Counted from the first letter of the stretch, positions 9,127 through 18,895 are shown. The stretch: DNA of 33,050 nucleotides from Candidatus Micrarchaeia archaeon (GCA_049964835.1 JBMFWW010000007.1:1-33050); one strand, 5' to 3'. The notes: generated by a model not told the origin, from the sequence alone. A program made the numbers and translations.

Positions 9127-9217
9127 TAAAACACCATTTTTAAAAGCATATAATGTTTTGTTACGTAAGAATAATAATACTTGCGTTAAATATAATTTAA
9201 AAGAATATGTGATTTAT

Positions 9218-9997
9218 ATGGAAAAAACAGTAGCAATAGGAGTAGGTATAGTAATTATTATAATAATAGGAATATTGGCTTACTTCTTATATAGCAATGG
9301 TAATTTGAATAGTTTAGTAAAAACAAATACAGTATCTGCAACAACAGCAATTAACACAACAACTAATACAATTGTAAATAAAACAAAAACGCAACAACAA
9401 ACTACAGTATTGCAAAGTACTACGACCCAACAAAACAACACTTCATTAAGTGATTGTATTTCTGGAAGCTCTACAGTACCAATATACAATGGTAATTTTA
9501 GTACTGGAACATATGCAGGTTGGAATGTTACAGGTCAAGGATTCGGTACGGCACCGGCAAACATTACAGAGTATAATAAAAACAGCGAATATTATAATAG
9601 TGCTTGGTCTAATTATAATGGAGAGTACTTTGCAACTACATATGATGGAGGTATTTTGATAAGTACTGGAAATCTTACCTCTAATTCTTTTGAAGTAACT
9701 GAACCATACCTTAATTTTAAGATTGTTTCTCCGCAGGATAATTTATTGCAAATAGAAATACTTCAAAATGGAGCACCTGTAATGAATGAAACATTTAACA
9801 GTTATGGAAATTTAGGTGCACCTTCAGGAACCTTTGAAAATGCAACAATACCACTAACGCAGTTCATTTGCAAAAATATAAGTATAAGGATTTATTCAGG
9901 TGTGGTATACACTCCTGCAACAAAGTATGATATAATTGCAGCTGGTGACTTCTACTTGAGTAAAACTCCCATAGGAACAACAGGAAAGCAAGTGTAA
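9218..9997 (+). CDS. N-terminally anchored surface protein with Thr-rich linker and putative carbohydrate-binding beta-sandwich
   Basis: ATG at 9218 after GTGA, one TM helix, T/N/Q-rich stalk. NGNFSTG..GWNVTG.GFG and GNLTSNSFEVTEPYLNF resemble accessory domains of glycoside hydrolases. Confidence 0.7.
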   Translation: MEKTVAIGVGIVIIIIIGILAYFLYSNGNLNSLVKTNTVSATTAINTTTNTIVNKTKTQQQTTVLQSTTTQQNNTSLSDCISGSSTVPIYNGNFSTGTYAGWNVTGQGFGTAPANITEYNKNSEYYNSAWSNYNGEYFATTYDGGILISTGNLTSNSFEVTEPYLNFKIVSPQDNLLQIEILQNGAPVMNETFNSYGNLGAPSGTFENATIPLTQFICKNISIRIYSGVVYTPATKYDIIAAGDFYLSKTPIGTTGKQV

Positions 9998-10038
9998 TTG
10001 CTTCTTCTTTTTTTATTTTATTTATTTTGTGAGTATTT

Positions 10039-11463
10039 ATGAAAATTTTTAATACAATTGAAAAAAAAGAGGAGCTTTTCAAATCTTTGTATGATAAAAA
10101 AGTTGGCCTGTATACTTGTGGCCCTACAGTATACTTTTATGCACATATAGGAAATATGAGAAATTATATAGTCAGCGATGTTCTAAAAAGAACATTGTTA
10201 AAAAATAATTATGAAGTAAAACATGTAATGAACCTCACTGATGTTGGCCATAATATAGGAGATGGAGAGGTTGGGGAGGATAAAGTAAGGGATGAAGCTA
10301 AAAAGGAACATAAAAGTGTTGAAGAGATAGTTAATTTTTATACTGATGCTTTTTATGAAGACATTAAAAAACTCAACATAATAAGGGCGACTATTACGTC
10401 AAGAGCATCTGAAAATATAAAAGAGATTTTAGAGTTTATATCAATATTAGATAAAAAGGGATATTTGTATAAGACAAAAACTGGAATCTATTTTGATACA
10501 TCTAAATTCAAAGAGTATGGAGCTTTATCTGGTTCTAATTTCAAAAAGTTAAATGAGTGGCTCCTTGCTGGAGCAAGGGTTGAAAGGCCTGAAGGATTAA
10601 AAAACGGAACGGATTTCGCAGTATGGAGATTTGCAAAAGACAATGAAAAAGAGATGGTGTGGGACACACCTTTTGGAAGAGGCTTTCCAGGATGGCACAT
10701 AGAATGCAGCACAATTGCTTACAGGTATTTAGGTGAAACAATAGATATACATTATGGTGGCATAGATCATATACCAGTACACCATACAAACGAGATTGCA
10801 CAAAGTGAAGCTCGTTTTGATAAAAAATTTGTTAGATATTGGGTTCATTCAGAATTTTTAATAATAGATGGCAAAAAGATGAGTAAATCTTTGAGAAATG
10901 TTTATACTTTAAATGATCTCATTAAAAGAGGTTATTCGCCATTATCATTTAGATATATGGTGATGAATACTCATTATAGAAAGATGTTAAACTTCACATT
11001 TGAAGGATTAAAACAAGCAGACGAAACTTTAAAATCAATTTATATTTTCATAAATAAGGTAAGCACATATAAAGAAGAAAAGTTAGATAAAGAACTTTCT
11101 AAAGATATTAATAATTTTAGAAAAGAGTTTTTTGAGAAGGTTAACGATGATTTAGATTTGCCAAGTGCAATTAAAAAAATGCACGAATTCATAAATTTTT
11201 GTAAAAAAGATGAACGTTATAAAAAAAATCCTAAAGAGATAACTGATACACTTATTGAATTTGATTCTATTCTTGGACTTAATTTTGAAAAACATTTAGG
11301 TGGTTCAATACCTAAAGAAGCTCAAGAGTTAATTAATGAACGTGAAATTTTAAGAAATAATAAAGAATTTAAAAGGGCAGATGAAATAAGAAAAATTTTA
11401 TTTGATAAATACAATATAACATTGGAAGATAATGTTGAAGGAACAGTATGGTATTGTAATTAA
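10039..11463 (+). CDS. cysS: Cysteine--tRNA ligase
   Basis: YTCGPTVY, HIGN, PGWHIECS, HHTNEIAQSE and KMSKS motifs. Confidence 0.97.
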   Translation: MKIFNTIEKKEELFKSLYDKKVGLYTCGPTVYFYAHIGNMRNYIVSDVLKRTLLKNNYEVKHVMNLTDVGHNIGDGEVGEDKVRDEAKKEHKSVEEIVNFYTDAFYEDIKKLNIIRATITSRASENIKEILEFISILDKKGYLYKTKTGIYFDTSKFKEYGALSGSNFKKLNEWLLAGARVERPEGLKNGTDFAVWRFAKDNEKEMVWDTPFGRGFPGWHIECSTIAYRYLGETIDIHYGGIDHIPVHHTNEIAQSEARFDKKFVRYWVHSEFLIIDGKKMSKSLRNVYTLNDLIKRGYSPLSFRYMVMNTHYRKMLNFTFEGLKQADETLKSIYIFINKVSTYKEEKLDKELSKDINNFRKEFFEKVNDDLDLPSAIKKMHEFINFCKKDERYKKNPKEITDTLIEFDSILGLNFEKHLGGSIPKEAQELINEREILRNNKEFKRADEIRKILFDKYNITLEDNVEGTVWYCN

Positions 11464-11466
11464 TTA

Positions 11467-11883
11467 TTATGTTATTTTGTTTTCGTCATTTCTTCTGCTT
11501 TTTTGCTTTCCAGTCTTTGCTGAAACAAATAAAAGAGAAGGGTCTTCTTTTTTAATATCTTCGACCCATGACTTTATGTATAAAGGTATATTTTTGAATG
11601 GCTTTGAATATCTATCAGTAAAACTATAGGAATTTGCCTCGTGTTTTAATAATCCTACCGTTACTCCAAAATCAAGATACCTTTTCCATGTAGCTATGGG
11701 AAGTTCTGTTGAGCAATCCTTTAGGCGCAGCTGACCTTTATCCTTGACTTCTAGTAATGCTCGGGCAAATCTATATGCACGCGTTTCATTTTCAAAATAA
11801 ATCTTCGCTACCTCCCTTACAGTAGGATTTTTAAGTTTCTCTTTTAGTGGCGCATCTTCAAATTCCCAATATTTTATAGGCAT
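11467..11883 (-). CDS. Hypothetical protein, possible winged helix-turn-helix
   Basis: Segment LRLKDCSTELPIATWKRYLDFGVTVGLLKHEANSYSF has a wHTH-like pattern. Upstream BRE/TATA GAAAACTTTATAT on the minus strand. Confidence 0.6.
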   Translation of the reverse strand: MPIKYWEFEDAPLKEKLKNPTVREVAKIYFENETRAYRFARALLEVKDKGQLRLKDCSTELPIATWKRYLDFGVTVGLLKHEANSYSFTDRYSKPFKNIPLYIKSWVEDIKKEDPSLLFVSAKTGKQKSRRNDENKIT

Positions 11884-11982
11884 TTTATCAGATAAATTTC
11901 ATTGTTAAGAGATATAAAGTTTTCGTGGATTTGAATTTATTTATAAGGTAAGCTTTATTTATTTTGCCATGCTTAAAAAAAT

Positions 11983-14900
11983 ATGCAAATAAGTAAAAGA
12001 AATGTAAATGAATTGCTTTTTCCTAGTAGTGAAAGTAATTTTGATTTTTTATCTAATAAAGTAAATAAAAAAACTAGTACAGATACATTATTTTTAGTGT
12101 CAGCTTTTGTTCTGCTCTTAGGAACAATTATCTTCTTTTTTCTTTTCCTAACTTTTTACTTTATAGGAAGTCTTTTGCCAATAAGTCTCGGAAATACTTT
12201 AACAAGTTTGGGAAGTGGTAGCGAACTTTATTTGTTTTTATATGGCATTGTTGAATTTTTAATAGCATTGAAATTATTTTCGTATACTATAGGTATTGAG
12301 CATAAGAAAAAAATAGAAAAGGAGTATTCTGAAAAGATGTTATTTGTATTTACACTTGCTTCTATATTCATTTTTATAATACTACCTACTGGATTTTTTT
12401 TCGGAACACTAAGTAGCATCAATACACTTCCAGGAGTAACTTATACAACAACTCTAATGTTTGGAAATAAATTAAATTTTACACAGAGTAATATTTTAAC
12501 TTATACAACTTTGGTAGATTCCATACTTGAATTTTTTGGCATTGCAATTTTGTTCTTTTCTTCTATTTACTATGTTTTTGTTAATTACAAAAAATATTTA
12601 ATTGAAGTTTCTGTTATATTCATACTTCTTTTATTGATTTATTACATAGGAGTTCCATATTTAATAAGACAACAAAATACCTATTCATTAAACAATTTAA
12701 ACAGATTGATTGAAAATAATACAGTAAATTTAAATTATATGCTAGATGATTATAGCCTTTTTTATAATAGTACAGGATTTAACCAATCATTTTATAATGA
12801 ATTACAAAATATAAATTCTCAGCAGAAAAACATTGATTTATTATTTAATTTAACTTACTCAAATTCGTTATGGAATTACACCACGTTAGGGAACACTGCG
12901 TTAGGATATGGTGCGTTCAGTTATAGTAACTTATATTATTTAATGGAAAATGGATATTATATTACTGCTAATAATACAGTAACTGCGCAATTAATAGCTC
13001 AAGATTATTATCCCGAATTAGATTATATTTACTTAGAAGAAGATATTTCTTTGAATAAACTTCTTAATTTAAATGAGCAGAGTATATTAAACAGTTATAG
13101 TTATTTAATTAGCAGCTTTAGCAAACCATATTATTTCGGGGGCGATTACACAAATAAAGGCCAGCAATACATAGGCAATTCTACTTATGAATACTCATAC
13201 TATTTAGAAAAAACGGATTACTCCTTAAATAAATTAAATACAATGCTTAATATCAATCCTAATTTGTTATATATTTTAACAGAAGAAAATAACCCATCGA
13301 ATAAGATAAATCCGATGTCTTTCTTTTATGGATTATCTTTAAACCAGTATTATAATTATGCAATAGAATCAATGATTTATAATAAAAGTATTAGTCCAGA
13401 GATAACCTATATTTTCTATGGAGGAAAAACCTTACTACTAAATCTTGGAAATATCAATCCAAATTCTGACAGTATTAAATTATATATAGATAAAAAAGAG
13501 TACAACTTTGAAAGATACTTTAACTTTATAATAGTTCCTTATGTAAATTTGACTTTAGGTGAACATAATATAACCGTAACTGATTCAACATATAATCTTA
13601 ATAACACAGGGCAGATTTACGTTTCTCCATATTTAAATATAAACTCTGAAATTTATAATGTTGGTGTAAATTCAACCAGACTTGACATCATAATTAACAA
13701 CCCAACAAACAGAACCATATTACTTTCTCATATAAATGTAAATGCTTATAGAAATTTCAGTGGGCAATCAACAGATATTTCTAATCTTTTTGTAGGAAAT
13801 TTAATTGCGCAGAACTTAAACAGTTTTAAAGAAGCACCTAAACAAAACATAACATTAAGTTATAATATTAGTACACTAGAGGATTTTGGAGCTAATTACA
13901 CATATTATGTTACTTTGAATAGTAATTATGGAAATGGTAGATATCTGATATCACCAAAAATTGTAAGTTGTTGTTCTGAATTGAACATTAAAACTGATGC
14001 AACAATTATTTCGACAACCACTTCAACTACGAGTACAACTACTGTGGCAAAAACAAGCACTTCAAATGCAGGAATTGGCATAACTTCTCAAGAAACAACA
14101 GTTAGACAGGGAGGCATAGCTGTACAAAATCAAAATAATGCAAACAATAATTTCAAAACTTATTATTCTCTAGCTTTTTTAGGAGAACCTTCATTTTCAC
14201 AATATAATATGATGCCAGCATATGTTACTGGAACAGGATTTAATAGTTTAGGAGAGTATGGACCTGGAGCAACTCCAGATATACAAAGCGTTTATGCTAC
14301 AGCAAATTATGTTGCAGGATTAAATAATGAATTGTTTAGTGGAGATCTTGAGGCTTGGCCTATAGATTATAGGTCTGGAAAGACTCAACAGGTGGAGGAC
14401 AACATCACTAAATTTGAAGACATTGTAAAATGGATACATGAGGTTCAACCGCAGTTATCTGTAGGCTTTTATGGAATTATTCCTTTAGGATTTTATACAA
14501 ATACAGTAGGAGAGGTAAATTATGTTTCTGATCCTGCAGCTTTTCAAGCTTGGCAAAATGCCAATGAAGATTTAATTGGATTGGTAGAGAATCTTAGTTA
14601 CCTCTCTCCAAACATTTATGATAGTATACAAATACCTTATAATTGGACTCAGTATGCAATAGCTTCGATAAATGAAGGACACATTTTACGAAAACCAGTA
14701 TATCCATTTATTTCTATGTATTATTACACTGAACCTGCAAATGATATGCTTGTTCCCTCATATGTGTGGGCATTGAATTTGTATGTAGTTGGAAGATACG
14801 CTAACGGAACGATAATTTGGGGAGGGTATCAAGACCCATGGTCAAGTACGGCACCTTGGTGGCAGATTACACAAAATTTTATAAGGTCCACTTCAAGTAC

Positions 14901-15621
14901 GCCGATACCACAAGCACCAACAAATCTCCAGATTTCCAATTCTAATGATCCACATTTATCTTGGAATGGACCATCTTTCAATAATAATATAGGAAGTTTT
15001 GTGGTAGAAAGATCTGAAGGAAATGAGAATAATTTTTTACCTATAGCGGTAGTTAATACCACAAGTTATATAGATAACTACACATCCTCAGGAACATATT
15101 ATTACTTAGTTAAATCAACAAATTGGCATGAAGACTCATCGCCAAGTAATATTGCAAGCATTACAACCACAAGAAATGCATTGACGCCGATTTATTCTGC
15201 AAGTTACAGTTCTTGTTCTAATTGCTTGTTTTGGGGACCTTATGTAGTTTGGATAGGAAATTTAGGTTCTTATGACTCATTTGAACAACTTGAGAGTTAT
15301 GGAAAAAATGGAGCTTATCTTGAATTTAATAATGTTAACTTTTCTTCCACAGGTGTAAATGAAATAGTAGCTAATGTTTCCTTAAGCAGCGCGATTCATA
15401 GAGTAAGTTTATATTTGCAAATTAATAATTCCGATTCGAATAATACAATAGGTATTTTTAATATAACGTCAACGTATAGTCAAAATTCAAATCAAGTTTT
15501 TTCTTTTGAAAGTGCACAAATAAATAAAACAACAGGCACTCATAATTTATACCTAAAACTTATGCCAAATGGAAGCACTTATGGTTTCAACATAACATCA
15601 ATAGAATTTCAGAATGTGTAG
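11983..15621 (+). CDS. Large membrane-anchored surface glycoprotein with GH56-like glycoside hydrolase, FN3 and CBM6-like modules
   Basis: About 5 N-terminal TM segments, many NxS/T sequons, Thr-rich linker. DLEAWP / GFYGIIP / LSPNIY / GTIIWGG motifs; PQAPTNL...YYYLVKS (FN3); YLEFNNVNF...TGTHNLYL (CBM6-like). Confidence 0.75.
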   Translation: MQISKRNVNELLFPSSESNFDFLSNKVNKKTSTDTLFLVSAFVLLLGTIIFFFLFLTFYFIGSLLPISLGNTLTSLGSGSELYLFLYGIVEFLIALKLFSYTIGIEHKKKIEKEYSEKMLFVFTLASIFIFIILPTGFFFGTLSSINTLPGVTYTTTLMFGNKLNFTQSNILTYTTLVDSILEFFGIAILFFSSIYYVFVNYKKYLIEVSVIFILLLLIYYIGVPYLIRQQNTYSLNNLNRLIENNTVNLNYMLDDYSLFYNSTGFNQSFYNELQNINSQQKNIDLLFNLTYSNSLWNYTTLGNTALGYGAFSYSNLYYLMENGYYITANNTVTAQLIAQDYYPELDYIYLEEDISLNKLLNLNEQSILNSYSYLISSFSKPYYFGGDYTNKGQQYIGNSTYEYSYYLEKTDYSLNKLNTMLNINPNLLYILTEENNPSNKINPMSFFYGLSLNQYYNYAIESMIYNKSISPEITYIFYGGKTLLLNLGNINPNSDSIKLYIDKKEYNFERYFNFIIVPYVNLTLGEHNITVTDSTYNLNNTGQIYVSPYLNINSEIYNVGVNSTRLDIIINNPTNRTILLSHINVNAYRNFSGQSTDISNLFVGNLIAQNLNSFKEAPKQNITLSYNISTLEDFGANYTYYVTLNSNYGNGRYLISPKIVSCCSELNIKTDATIISTTTSTTSTTTVAKTSTSNAGIGITSQETTVRQGGIAVQNQNNANNNFKTYYSLAFLGEPSFSQYNMMPAYVTGTGFNSLGEYGPGATPDIQSVYATANYVAGLNNELFSGDLEAWPIDYRSGKTQQVEDNITKFEDIVKWIHEVQPQLSVGFYGIIPLGFYTNTVGEVNYVSDPAAFQAWQNANEDLIGLVENLSYLSPNIYDSIQIPYNWTQYAIASINEGHILRKPVYPFISMYYYTEPANDMLVPSYVWALNLYVVGRYANGTIIWGGYQDPWSSTAPWWQITQNFIRSTSSTPIPQAPTNLQISNSNDPHLSWNGPSFNNNIGSFVVERSEGNENNFLPIAVVNTTSYIDNYTSSGTYYYLVKSTNWHEDSSPSNIASITTTRNALTPIYSASYSSCSNCLFWGPYVVWIGNLGSYDSFEQLESYGKNGAYLEFNNVNFSSTGVNEIVANVSLSSAIHRVSLYLQINNSDSNNTIGIFNITSTYSQNSNQVFSFESAQINKTTGTHNLYLKLMPNGSTYGFNITSIEFQNV

Positions 15622-15710
15622 TGATTTCAATTATTTTCAAAAATTTACTAAAGTTATGGATAATGAATCAGATATAAGCAATTCATAGAAAACACCGCAT
15701 GTATATGCTT

Positions 15711-15804
15711 TGTTGATTAAGTGATAATTCTTCAACAAAAATCAGACTTTATCAACAAATTTAGACTTTTTCAACAACACCACATATATAGAAAGATATA
15801 AATA
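15711..15804 (+). promoter_or_regulatory. Operator array (4 boxes) plus BRE/TATA upstream of tuf-rps10
   Basis: Inverted box TGTTGATTAAGT at 15711-15722; direct boxes at 15726, 15746 and 15765; GAAAGATATAAATA at 15791. Confidence 0.7.
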
Positions 15805-15930
15805 GGTTATTAGATAATAAAATACTTACATTAATTAACAGTAATAACTACGGCCAAGATGGCTTATTTTTGGCTAATAATTTACAAATTAAAGTATTAA
15901 AATATCAAATATTATATTTAGGTGAATAAA

Positions 15931-17199
15931 ATGGTAGATAAACCACACATGAACTTGATTTTTATAGGGCACGTCGACCACGGTAAATCAACAACCGTAG
16001 GAAGATTATTGTACGATACAAAAGCGGTATCTGAACAAGATATGAAAAAGATTAAGGATGAAGTAACAAAGTATAACAAACCTTCATTCGAGTTTGCTTT
16101 TGTAATGGATCAGCTCAAAGAAGAGAGAGAAAGAGGAATAACAATAGATATTATGCATAAGGACTTCCAAACACAAAAGTACTACTTTACAATTATAGAT
16201 GCACCAGGACACAGAGACTTCGTAAAGAACATGATAACAGGAGCAAGCCAGGCAGATGCTGCAGTTCTAGTAGTTTCAGCTATAGATGGGATACAAGGAC
16301 AAACAAGAGAGCACGCTTACTTAGCTAGAGTATTAGGAATATCACAATTAATAGTAGGAATAAACAAGATGGACGCAGCAGGATATGATAAGGCCAAGTT
16401 CGAAGATGCAAAGGCAAAAGTAACGGAGTTGCTCAAAACAGTAGGATATGATGTAAGTAAGATAACTTTCGTACCTTATTCAGCTTTACAAGGAGACAAC
16501 ATGACAGTCAAATCAGATAAGATGAGCTGGTATAATGGACCTACAATGCTTCAGTGTCTTGACAATTTTGTAGTGCCAAACAAGCCTACAGATAAAGCCT
16601 TGAGATTACCAATACAAGATGTACACAGCGTAGCAGGATTCGGAACGGTGCCAGTAGGAAAGGTAGAAACTGGAATAATGAAGCCTGGCGATCAAATAAT
16701 AATAATGCCTTCAGGAGTAAAAACAGATGTAAAAAGTATTGAGATGCACCACCAACAGTTGCAACAGGCAATACCAGGAGACAATGTCGGATTTAACGTT
16801 AAGGGTATAGACAAAAAAGATATTAAAAGAGGAGATGTTGTAGGGCCTGCAAATAACCCCCCAACAGTTGCAGAAGAATTTACAGCACAGATAGTAGTAA
16901 TAAATCACAAGAATGCAATAGCTCCAGGATACACTCCAGTATTCCATATACACACAGCACAAATAGCTGCAACTATTACAGAAATAGTTGAAAAGAAGGA
17001 TCCTAAAACAGGACAAACATTGCAGAAGAACCCTGAGTTCATAAAGAATGGAGATGTTGCAATAGTAAAGATAAAACCTACAAAGGCAACAGTAGTAGAG
17101 AAATTTAGTGACTTCCCACAATTAGGAAGATTTGCAATAAGAGATATGGGTCAAACTGTAGCCGCAGGAGTAGTTCTCGATGTTGTCAAAAAGCAATAA
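15931..17199 (+). CDS. tuf: Translation elongation factor EF-1 alpha
   Basis: GHVDHGKST, ERERGITID, DAPGHRDFVKNMITG, NKMD and LGRFAIRDMG motifs. ATG at 15931 after AGGTGA SD. Confidence 0.98.
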   Translation: MVDKPHMNLIFIGHVDHGKSTTVGRLLYDTKAVSEQDMKKIKDEVTKYNKPSFEFAFVMDQLKEERERGITIDIMHKDFQTQKYYFTIIDAPGHRDFVKNMITGASQADAAVLVVSAIDGIQGQTREHAYLARVLGISQLIVGINKMDAAGYDKAKFEDAKAKVTELLKTVGYDVSKITFVPYSALQGDNMTVKSDKMSWYNGPTMLQCLDNFVVPNKPTDKALRLPIQDVHSVAGFGTVPVGKVETGIMKPGDQIIIMPSGVKTDVKSIEMHHQQLQQAIPGDNVGFNVKGIDKKDIKRGDVVGPANNPPTVAEEFTAQIVVINHKNAIAPGYTPVFHIHTAQIAATITEIVEKKDPKTGQTLQKNPEFIKNGDVAIVKIKPTKATVVEKFSDFPQLGRFAIRDMGQTVAAGVVLDVVKKQ

Positions 17200-17210
17200 T
17201 GAGTGAATAG

Positions 17211-17516
17211 ATGCCATTAGCAAAAATAAAATTGATAAGTAGGAATAAACAAGATGCAAGAGACATTGCTAAGCAGATAATAGAGATTGCAAAGGTATCT
17301 GGAGTCAAATTCAAAGGACCAATACCATTACCCACAAAGGTAATGGATGTCTCTACCAGAAAAAGTCCTTGTGGAGATGGCTCACACACTTATGAGCATT
17401 GGCAGATGAGAATACATAAATGGATAGTACAAATAGATGGAAGCGAACAGGCATTAAGGCAGGTTATGAGAATAACTGTACCTGACACGGTCCAAATAGA
17501 GATGTCAATAAACTAA
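17211..17516 (+). CDS. rps10: 30S ribosomal protein uS10
   Basis: GPIPLPT, RKSPCGDG and MRIHK motifs; canonical position after tuf. Confidence 0.97.
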   Translation: MPLAKIKLISRNKQDARDIAKQIIEIAKVSGVKFKGPIPLPTKVMDVSTRKSPCGDGSHTYEHWQMRIHKWIVQIDGSEQALRQVMRITVPDTVQIEMSIN

Positions 17517-17550
17517 TTTTCTTTTTATTTATTATATTTTTACTGTTTTT
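17517..17550 (+). terminator. Probable archaeal oligo-T intrinsic terminator after rps10
   Basis: Consecutive T tracts (TTTTCTTTTTATTT...TTTTT) immediately after the stop codon. Confidence 0.45.
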
Positions 17551-17674
17551 CATTAGTAATTTTTATGTAATAGTTTCACCTTAGGTTAAGCCATATATAC
17601 TTAATATTTAATAAGAGAATCGTTTGTATATCTAAGGTGAAAAGATCGTAGCTCAAAAGCAACATTACTCTTGG

Positions 17675-18895
17675 ATGCTTACATTAGTTCCAATAACCGC
17701 AATAAGCAGCGGTTTAGGACTTTTTATGCCATTATACATACTTTACTTAAAAGGTAATGTTTTTGATATAGGAATTGCATTTGCTCTTTATAATCTTGTT
17801 AGTATACCTTCTTCTCTTTTTTGGGGAATGATAACAGATAGATTCAGAAGAGTAAAGCCATTTATATTATTGTCAGTAATATTTACGCTTCCGATACTTT
17901 TATTTTATAACTTCTTTTCTGGTATAACTCAAGCATATTTTTATTATGCATTATTTGCAGTAATAGCAACAGCAGCATCGCCAGCACTGAATATACTTGT
18001 GATGGGAACTAAAAGAAGCAAAAAACTTCCTAAATACTTTAGCAGATATAGTTTGTTCGCACTTTCAGGATCAATAATAGCTTATATTTTTGGTATTTCA
18101 ATAGCAACAAGCAATATTAATTTCTATTTACAATTGCTTATACTCTTTAATATTTTTTCAATAATTTTTGCATTTATTCTTGTGAAGGATATTAAAAAGA
18201 ATATGATAGAAAAAGAGAAATTAAAATCTACGAAAAAGATTTACCCTTTATTAAATACATTAACTAACTTGCCTAACTTATTAATAAGCAGCGATATGAT
18301 AATCAGAATAAGAAGTGATATTAAAGATATAAAAAAACGAAGTGTTTATCAACTACTTGGAGCTATCATACTTTTTAATATTGGTTATTATATATTTAAC
18401 ACAGGATATGTGCCTTACTTAAATCAAAATGGTTTGCAGTACAGTGACATCTTTTTAATAAATCTTGCTAACGCAATAGCACAAATAATAGTTTTTGTAT
18501 TTATAATAAAAATAAAAAAAGGAATTAAGACAGAAAGAGTTTATATGGCCTCAACAACTTATAGAAGTATGGGCTACTTCGTTGCACTGGTTACTATTTT
18601 CATACCTGAATTATTCTTTGTTCTTAATATATTGGCTTACTCTATTGCAGGATTTTCTTATGCTCTTTGGAATTTATCATCCTCTGTTCTTTTATATGAT
18701 ATGATTAGAGGAGAAAAACAAGGTTATTTTATAGGACTATGGACGGGTGTTTTAGGAGGTTCTGCTATTTTTGGAGCACTTATTTCAGGGTTACTTGTTT
18801 TAAATTTTGGATATCAAATTACATTTGGATCGGCAATTTTTGTTACTCTGCTTTCAGGTTTTCTTTTCCATAAGAAACTATTCGACAAAAAATAA
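17675..18895 (+). CDS. Major facilitator superfamily transporter
   Basis: About 12 hydrophobic segments in two halves; motif A-like WGMITDRFRRVKP. Confidence 0.88.
   Translation: MLTLVPITAISSGLGLFMPLYILYLKGNVFDIGIAFALYNLVSIPSSLFWGMITDRFRRVKPFILLSVIFTLPILLFYNFFSGITQAYFYYALFAVIATAASPALNILVMGTKRSKKLPKYFSRYSLFALSGSIIAYIFGISIATSNINFYLQLLILFNIFSIIFAFILVKDIKKNMIEKEKLKSTKKIYPLLNTLTNLPNLLISSDMIIRIRSDIKDIKKRSVYQLLGAIILFNIGYYIFNTGYVPYLNQNGLQYSDIFLINLANAIAQIIVFVFIIKIKKGIKTERVYMASTTYRSMGYFVALVTIFIPELFFVLNILAYSIAGFSYALWNLSSSVLLYDMIRGEKQGYFIGLWTGVLGGSAIFGALISGLLVLNFGYQITFGSAIFVTLLSGFLFHKKLFDKK

Noticed and set aside
15711..15776. Short repeats as a mini-CRISPR array
   Set aside because: Repeats are 12-14 bp with 3-8 bp gaps, far too short, and no cas genes are present.
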